From a virus, in IMG/VR virus record IMGVR_UViG_3300014819_000003, positions 27,276-91,275 of that record: DNA of 64,000 nucleotides; one strand, written 5' to 3'. The notes beneath the pieces are model-generated. The model saw only the letters and a program-made list of their open reading frames with translations, was not told the DNA's origin and did not search any database. Both the position numbers and the translations under genes were made by a program. Position 1 is the stretch's first letter. Each line of letters begins with the position of its first letter. This document shows positions 58,402 through 64,000 of the stretch, piece by piece.

Positions 58402-59147
58402 TTTCTAAAATACCAATGAGCCTCATGATTTTTTGCTAAAAACTCTCCACGATACCCTAGTGATTCTAAAAACCCTATTGTTTGCTCTGGAGTAGTGTTG
58501 TAGTCACGAATTCCAAGATCATCATGAATTGATATAAATATTTTTAAACTATTATTTTTTAATGTGTCTTCCGCACCTTTAAGAACTAAAAGTTCTGCAC
58601 CTTCAACGTCCATTGTAATTGCACTGGGCATTATGCCTGTTTCAGAAACAAAGTCATCAAGTTTAATAATTGGTATTTGTTCAGTATTATCATGAATATA
58701 TACATATTTATTTTTATCAATAATTGGACCTAAAGATCCTTTACCCCATCTATTAAGATCAGAACCTTCTCTGGTATCTGTTGTAATATCACCCATTAGT
58801 CCAGAATAACAACCACGTGGATCTATATTAAATCTTTTATACCACAATGCATGTATGTTGCCCCAAAATTCTGGAGTAGGCTCAATTAAAACCATATTTT
58901 CTGGTCCAACTATTTCAGCATAAACAAGGTTGCACCAACCAGACTCTGTTCCAATGTCAAAAAGAACATCACCTTTGCTAAGATGCTGTTTCATGCTTTC
59001 AATTCTTTCTCGTTCCCAATAGTCCCAAACATCCCAACTTGCTAGTGGCTCATTAAGAGTAAGTGTATAATCATAATTGAAACTTTCACCCTGACGAAGA
59101 TATCCAACTTCTTTCCATTTAATGTCATCTCTTTCTATAAACATCAT
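58398..59147 (-). CDS. FkbM-family methyltransferase
   Basis: FDIGTESG, IEP, LDDF, MDVEGAELLVLKG. Confidence 0.85.
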   Translation of the reverse strand: MMFIERDDIKWKEVGYLRQGESFNYDYTLTLNEPLASWDVWDYWERERIESMKQHLSKGDVLFDIGTESGWCNLVYAEIVGPENMVLIEPTPEFWGNIHALWYKRFNIDPRGCYSGLMGDITTDTREGSDLNRWGKGSLGPIIDKNKYVYIHDNTEQIPIIKLDDFVSETGIMPSAITMDVEGAELLVLKGAEDTLKNNSLKIFISIHDDLGIRDYNTTPEQTIGFLESLGYRGEFLAKNHEAHWYFRK

Positions 59148-60097
59148 ATGCCCAACTCCTTTAGTATTTGTTCCCATCTATGAACATATGTATGCTCACG
59201 TTTAGTTCTTTCATGCCCTCGTAATCTTATCTGCTCTCTTTCATCATCATGTTCTAAATAATAATCTATCTTTTTCTTAAGATCATCAAGATTACCGTGT
59301 TCGTACCAAACAACTTCATCATCTTTAAAATATTGATCAAGACCAACTATCTTAGGATAAATAGTAAACCCACCACGACCAGTACTTTCAAACAATCTAT
59401 CACTTGTATAATATGGATAGTTAAAGTTAATATTTAATGTGTCACCGATTGCAATTTTACTACGAGCATATATACGATTAAGTGCATCGCCTCTTACAGT
59501 TCCAGTATCACCATCTCCACCCACATGACAAAAACGATCCGCATATGTTTCTCTTAAGAAATCTATAAGTTGTGGCCTAAAAGGATACTCTTGATGATAC
59601 CTTTTACTTCCAACAAAAATAACATCATAATCGTAATACTTTTTATTTTTATCTGGATGAATATAACATTCCTTGTCATAAACTCCAGGTGGCATAAAAT
59701 GACCTTTAACCTTTGTATTTTTATTAAACCAGTCTGCCATTAGTTTATCTACAGTAAAAAAGTGACCTATTGATCTATAGAAACCATCATTTTCAAGATC
59801 CTTTTGTCTGTTGATACCAAACCAAAGATCAAGATGATATGTCATTGTTGGTATTCCGTGCTTTTTTAATTCATGCAAAACATCAATCATATCTATGCTA
59901 CCAGGAGTTTGCCATCCATGAGTATGAACCCATATAAATAAATCAGAGTCAAGAGCCTCACTATAAATTACTTTAGCCTTTACCTTACGCTCTTGTAGTT
60001 TTATTACCGTGTGACCTAATGATTCAAGCGATGCCGCATGATGATTTTCGCTAGAATAGGGAACTTCAAAGTTTCCTAAAAAAGTAATTCGTGCCAA
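59144..60097 (-). CDS. Glycosyltransferase (CgeB/Glyco_trans_1_2-like)
   Basis: DVIFVGS, SDRLFE, HTYVHR; SD GGAGGT before TTG. Confidence 0.75.
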   Translation of the reverse strand: MARITFLGNFEVPYSSENHHAASLESLGHTVIKLQERKVKAKVIYSEALDSDLFIWVHTHGWQTPGSIDMIDVLHELKKHGIPTMTYHLDLWFGINRQKDLENDGFYRSIGHFFTVDKLMADWFNKNTKVKGHFMPPGVYDKECYIHPDKNKKYYDYDVIFVGSKRYHQEYPFRPQLIDFLRETYADRFCHVGGDGDTGTVRGDALNRIYARSKIAIGDTLNINFNYPYYTSDRLFESTGRGGFTIYPKIVGLDQYFKDDEVVWYEHGNLDDLKKKIDYYLEHDDEREQIRLRGHERTKREHTYVHRWEQILKELGI

Positions 60098-60118
60098 ATT
60101 ATACCTCCACTTCTAAAT

Positions 60119-60136
60119 ATTATATCATGCTATAAT
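60119..60136. promoter_or_regulatory. Back-to-back divergent extended -10 promoters
   Basis: Minus TGATATAAT (60119-60127) abuts plus TGCTATAAT (60128-60136). Confidence 0.6.
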
Positions 60137-60153
60137 TGTTTGACGGGGTAAAA

Positions 60154-60846
60154 ATGAATTTTGTATACATATGTCGTGGTGGAGAGAATGAAGAACTTAG
60201 ATATTCTCTTAGATCAGTTGCTGCCAGTTTTCCAGACTCTAACATATGGGTTGTTGGCGGTATTCCAAAATGGTATTCTGGTAGTAAAATATCCATAGAG
60301 CAAAACGCTGGCAAATGGGCTAATGCTATAAATAACTTAAATGCAATAATTGAATCTTCCGATATACCAGAAGAGTTTGTTTTGATGAATGATGATTTCT
60401 TTATCATAAACAAGATAGACTCAATTAAACATTATCATGAAGGTCTTTTGCTTGATAAGATAGAAAAATATAATGAACTTAAAATGGATCCCAACTATGT
60501 AAAAAAACTTGGGCATACCTATGCAAGACTACAAAGAATGGGAGTAGAAAATCCAATTAGTTATGAAACGCATACTCCAATGACCATGCTAAAAGGCAGA
60601 TTAGAAGAGATTATGCAGTACTGTCCTCCTAGTTTATGGAGATCAATGTATGGCAATGTTCATCATGTGGGCGGGGAACAAATAAAAGACGTAAAGGTAT
60701 ACTATCGTGATAGATTTGCAACTATATCTCATGATTATACAGCGTCAGATTTACCAGTATTATCAACAGATGATGAGTCTTTTGTAACTGTAAGAGATTT
60801 AATATTAAAGAAAAAGTTTACAAAGAAAAGTAAATACGAAAAATAA
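60154..60846 (+). CDS. Stealth-like sugar-phosphotransferase/GT-A protein
   Basis: ELRYSLRSV and FVLMNDDFF match Stealth conserved region 2; HTP. Confidence 0.6.
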   Translation: MNFVYICRGGENEELRYSLRSVAASFPDSNIWVVGGIPKWYSGSKISIEQNAGKWANAINNLNAIIESSDIPEEFVLMNDDFFIINKIDSIKHYHEGLLLDKIEKYNELKMDPNYVKKLGHTYARLQRMGVENPISYETHTPMTMLKGRLEEIMQYCPPSLWRSMYGNVHHVGGEQIKDVKVYYRDRFATISHDYTASDLPVLSTDDESFVTVRDLILKKKFTKKSKYEK

Positions 60847-60848
60847 AA

Positions 60849-61538
60849 CTATCGCATGAAATGATAGTCCCCATCAGGGCCATTATCAGAGAACATTCCC
60901 ATACTATTAAAGCCTTGTGATGCAAGGTAGTCAATAATAACTTCTTTCTCAGGAGATCCTATATTATATTCTACATCTCTTAGTTCTACTATAAGGTGCT
61001 CGCAGGACTTTAATGATTCCGTTGCCCCCATGAGAACATCTAATTCAGCACCCTGAACATCAATTTTAATTAATTGTGGCTTATTCAACATTTTATATTT
61101 AGCGAGATCGTCGAGAGTTATTGTTGTCATTTCAACAATACTTTTATCATCAAAAAGATATTCTGCTGCTGGACTGTATTTAGGATTTTCTCTATAATAA
61201 GAGTTACCAGCAAAATTTTCGTTATTCTGATAAAACTTAATTTGTTTTCCAGATTCATTGCTAAGTGCTCCAATAAAATACTGTAGTCTACTTTCTAAAT
61301 ATAAAGTTTCAAATGCATCAGTTGCATCAAATAAAACTATCTCACTGTCTGGCCAAATCATTTCTGCTCTTTGTGTCCAATGTAGAACACACGCACCTAT
61401 GTCATATATTGTTGTAGGATAAAAATCAAATTGATGTTTTAGCCTAACTAAATAATCATGATGGTTTGTTGGTAGATTTTTATAATCACTTACCTTTTTT
61501 ATATTTTTAAGTATGCTTTCAGAGTATTGCTTTGCCAT
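60849..61538 (-). CDS. FkbM-family methyltransferase
   Basis: YDIGA, TLDD, IKIDVQGAELDVL. Confidence 0.85.
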   Translation of the reverse strand: MAKQYSESILKNIKKVSDYKNLPTNHHDYLVRLKHQFDFYPTTIYDIGACVLHWTQRAEMIWPDSEIVLFDATDAFETLYLESRLQYFIGALSNESGKQIKFYQNNENFAGNSYYRENPKYSPAAEYLFDDKSIVEMTTITLDDLAKYKMLNKPQLIKIDVQGAELDVLMGATESLKSCEHLIVELRDVEYNIGSPEKEVIIDYLASQGFNSMGMFSDNGPDGDYHFMR

Positions 61539-61887
61539 TAAGATATCCTATCGCTCTTTCTAATCTTAGCACATCATCCTGAAAGACACCAATGCCACGA
61601 TTACAGTTATGACATAAAAAGCCTCTAAAAGAGTCTGTTTCATGATTATGATCTACAACCCAAATACTTGCATTTCCACCAGATCCCTTTAACTGATCTT
61701 CATTCTTTAGGCATATGGGGCATATATATCCTGGATTTGGATATCCATATTGTTCTTTTAGTTCTTCTCTACGCTTTGCTAATTTTTTTGCACAGTTTTT
61801 ACACTCTGGTCTTAGATATCTTCCACCGCTAGATGGCGAAAATGCAGACTCATCTAGTTCAAACTTACACTTACTACATGTTTTCAT
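61519..61887 (-). CDS. Endonuclease VII-like HNH nuclease
   Basis: CSKC, CPIC, VDHNH..RGFLCHNCNRGIG. Confidence 0.85.
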   Translation of the reverse strand: MKTCSKCKFELDESAFSPSSGGRYLRPECKNCAKKLAKRREELKEQYGYPNPGYICPICLKNEDQLKGSGGNASIWVVDHNHETDSFRGFLCHNCNRGIGVFQDDVLRLERAIGYLNGKAIL

Positions 61888-61889
61888 AG

Positions 61890-61960
61890 AGCGGATAGCG
61901 GGAATCGGACCCGCACATTAACCTTGGCAAGGTTACGCACTACCACTATGCAATATCCGC
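61890..61960 (-). tRNA. tRNA-Gly(GCC)
   Basis: GCGGATA/TATCCGC acceptor, TAACC-TTGCCAA-GGTTA anticodon arm, U discriminator; no encoded CCA. Confidence 0.9.
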
Positions 61961-61964
61961 ATAG

Positions 61965-62038
61965 TAGAGCAGGTAGGACTTGAACCTACGATAACCGAAT
62001 TATGAGTTCGGGGCCTTGACCAACTTGGCTACTGCTCC
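61965..62038 (-). tRNA. tRNA with CAT anticodon (Ile2 or elongator Met)
   Basis: GGAGCAG/CTGCTCT acceptor, CCGAA-CTCATAA-TTCGG, GTAGG-TTCAAGT-CCTAC; no encoded CCA. Confidence 0.88.
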
Positions 62039-62039
62039 G

Positions 62040-62192
62040 CTATTTTTCACTAATTAACTTTTTAATATTATTAACTTTAGTATAAGCATCTCCACCAGCA
62101 TCAATTAGTTCCATAACCTCATCAAATGCTTGCTTGCGAGCCTTTTTACATCCGTTACAAGGACAGACCCAAGACTTACTTTTGTTTTCCAA
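62040..62192 (-). CDS. Small Cys-rich protein (CPCNGC)
   Basis: 3' part of ORF 62040..62261; start uncertain. Confidence 0.45.
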   Translation of the reverse strand: MENKSKSWVCPCNGCKKARKQAFDEVMELIDAGGDAYTKVNNIKKLISEK

Positions 62193-62970
62193 GGTCTTGC
62201 TTTCTCTTGATCTTACCTTCTCCAACACCAGTCCAATACATGTTGTAGTAGTTAATATCATAAGAGAATGTCTTTAGGTGTGCAACATGTGCGCCAGTAT
62301 GTGCATATGCTTGAATACCAGCCTGTTTTGCTTTTCTAAAAAATGAAACATCTTCACTAATAAATTTATTTGCTGCTTGTTGGTTTTCTCCAAATACAGA
62401 AAATTCTCCAGCAACTTCACGAACCTTTGGAACAACTGATCTATGCATTAGAACAAAACCAAAGCCAGCAACATCAACAGGAATTAATTGATTCTGTGGC
62501 ATAGGATGAATTGCTCTTGTTACATATTGGTTATCTGTGTCCATATAAAGAGCAGGTGTTGGCTCCATTAGACTTTGTTCATTTTCTTGGCTTACAAAAT
62601 ATACACCTGTTACTAGTGGTTTACTAATCTTGTCTGCTGAATCCCACAACAATTGGAATGCATCCATGCTCATGACAATATCTGAGTCTACCCACATCAA
62701 CCAATCACTTTGCATGTTATCGTACCAGTAATCAATAAGAGATTGTCTTTGTCTTGCAATTTGATTACCTTGAACACGAATACTGCTTGTTACTTTAATT
62801 CCCCTGCGCTGTGCTTCAAGCAGGGTATTTAACAAACCACTTGCAAATCTTCCTTCTACTGTACCACCATCACACCATGCAAACGATACTGTTTCCTTAT
62901 CGCTATGTCCAGATGTTGGCTTGTCTTGAATATTTTTAGGTTGTGCTTTACTAGGCTGCTTCTTGGCCAT
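62176..62970 (-). CDS. Glycosyltransferase GT2-like
   Basis: IARQR, WVDSD, AGFGFVLMHR, SEDVSF, HLK. Confidence 0.8.
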   Translation of the reverse strand: MAKKQPSKAQPKNIQDKPTSGHSDKETVSFAWCDGGTVEGRFASGLLNTLLEAQRRGIKVTSSIRVQGNQIARQRQSLIDYWYDNMQSDWLMWVDSDIVMSMDAFQLLWDSADKISKPLVTGVYFVSQENEQSLMEPTPALYMDTDNQYVTRAIHPMPQNQLIPVDVAGFGFVLMHRSVVPKVREVAGEFSVFGENQQAANKFISEDVSFFRKAKQAGIQAYAHTGAHVAHLKTFSYDINYYNMYWTGVGEGKIKRKQDLGKQK

Positions 62971-63079
62971 TCTTATGCTCCTTTAGATGACGTGATAATG
63001 TATCGTGAGCAAAGATCCCCCAACGGACTTCAAGTTCTTTCCCACACTTGTCGCAAACTGCTACTCTACCTTTTTCCAT
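62951..63079 (-). CDS. C2H2-type zinc finger microprotein (42 aa, not in ORF track)
   Basis: MEKGRVAVCDKCGKELEVRWGIFAHDTLSRHLKEH; TTGACA-N17-TACAAT-N6-ATG. Confidence 0.65.
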   Translation of the reverse strand: MEKGRVAVCDKCGKELEVRWGIFAHDTLSRHLKEHKNGQEAA

Positions 63080-63114
63080 AAATCTATTGTACACTAACTG
63101 TTTTTATTTGTCAA

Positions 63115-63558
63115 TTATTCACAAATATATGAAAATGACATATGAAATTTATCTTCAGTTGCAGCATTCATTGGTGTATTAAAATCCATTGGTTCGTCGT
63201 ATCCAGATCCTGCATGTTGCCACAATGTCATAGTTGAACTGGATGGAGATAAATGTCCTTTTAGCGAATAATGTCTCAATGTTGGCGATGTATCATGTGC
63301 AGATCCACCATAAACATCTGTATGATATTTTGACGCAAATGGAATGGTTAGTGAATATTGTCCAGTTCCAAAATTTGTAACAGTTGTATATAAAACATCA
63401 ATTTGAACCATCACCCAGTTGCCAATTTTAATATATGATCCAGTTGCTGGAGTTCCAGTAAATGTAAGACCTGTACCAGACCATGTTGGACTATATGAAT
63501 TTATCTCAGTTGTAAGTCCGCCTACATCACCAAAAGCAGGATGCGTAAAACGTGCCAT
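63115..63558 (-). CDS. Beta-rich protein resembling tail-fibre/receptor-binding C-terminal domains
   Basis: YSPTW..GSYIKIGNWV..LTIPF pattern. Confidence 0.5.
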   Translation of the reverse strand: MARFTHPAFGDVGGLTTEINSYSPTWSGTGLTFTGTPATGSYIKIGNWVMVQIDVLYTTVTNFGTGQYSLTIPFASKYHTDVYGGSAHDTSPTLRHYSLKGHLSPSSSTMTLWQHAGSGYDEPMDFNTPMNAATEDKFHMSFSYICE

Positions 63559-63839
63559 TAGTCTTTAGACTCCAGCCCAGTTTTAATAACTGCAGCAGTT
63601 AATCCGCTTGTGGAAGCAACAATGTAGAGGTGATCTTTCGACGGTAGTTCAAAAGATATTGAATGATTAGGAAGAATCCTAAATCCATAACTAGATGTTG
63701 TAACTCCCTCGCCACCTACATAAACATATCCTGCGGAATTATTATTTTGGATCGTAATATCAAAGCCAGAGTGAGTGGAACCAGGAGTTAGTTTGGTTGC
63801 GCTATCACTAGCGAGTGTATATATCTGATGTTCTGTCAT
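63558..63839 (-). CDS. Small jelly-roll-type protein, possible virion decoration
   Basis: IQNN..VYVGG..VT..GF.I.P; leaderless TGATAAAAT-N6-ATG. Confidence 0.5.
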   Translation of the reverse strand: MTEHQIYTLASDSATKLTPGSTHSGFDITIQNNNSAGYVYVGGEGVTTSSYGFRILPNHSISFELPSKDHLYIVASTSGLTAAVIKTGLESKD

Positions 63840-64000
63840 GGCTCTATTTTATCATCCTTGTTAACTATATCGTAATGATATGCATCAGAGTCTTCTGTAA
63901 TCCATTTAGCAGCGTCTTCTACGTCCCATTTGCGGGTATTGATCAAGCGATGTATAACAGGCTTACCAGGCTTAGTAGTAAAAGAAGGCTCTAGAGCAAA
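63836..64000 (-). CDS. 3' end of a gene entering from beyond the window (partial)
   Basis: Open frame FALEPSF..KIEP* overlapping next start (ATGA). Confidence 0.55.
   Translation of the reverse strand, partial: FALEPSFTTKPGKPVIHRLINTRKWDVEDAAKWITEDSDAYHYDIVNKDDKIEP

Noticed and set aside
1-64000. Alternative genetic code, integrase, reverse transcriptase/DGR
   Set aside because: Genes are intact and tightly packed in the standard code with all three stops used; no such motifs seen

Overview
64 kb of an AT-rich, long-tailed (siphovirus-type) dsDNA phage genome. WhiB, an MSMEG_6728-like glycosylase, an FmdB-type zinc ribbon, many leaderless genes and a host-like surface protein point to an actinobacterial host, most plausibly low-GC freshwater acI/Nanopelagicales (inference). 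Layout: head and tail morphogenesis (0.2-27 kb), replication/recombination (DnaB, primase, SSB, DnaE, RecA, Cas4-like, RuvC; 27-38 kb), terminase (38.5-40.8 kb), secreted/surface and lysis genes (40.8-45.3 kb), a proteostasis/accessory block with WhiB (45.4-55.1 kb), and a mostly minus-strand glycosylation island with two tRNAs (55.2-63 kb). No integrase, CRISPR array or intein was seen. Strongest leads: (1) a probable capsid-cargo system in which two distant modular proteins share the scaffold's C-terminal K..W-x-G-x(1-2)-F motif and, in one case, its hydrophobic-x-K-[SA] putative cleavage sites; (2) a 3107-aa tape measure protein carrying a HAD phosphatase and a possible nuclease between repeated motifs; (3) a candidate small RNA under a perfect consensus promoter with an exposed anti-Shine-Dalgarno-like loop and an H-type pseudoknot; (4) tail chaperones G/GT encoded by gene duplication rather than frameshifting; (5) a ROSE-like RNA thermometer on hsp20. 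All calls are from reading motifs by eye; no database searches were run.
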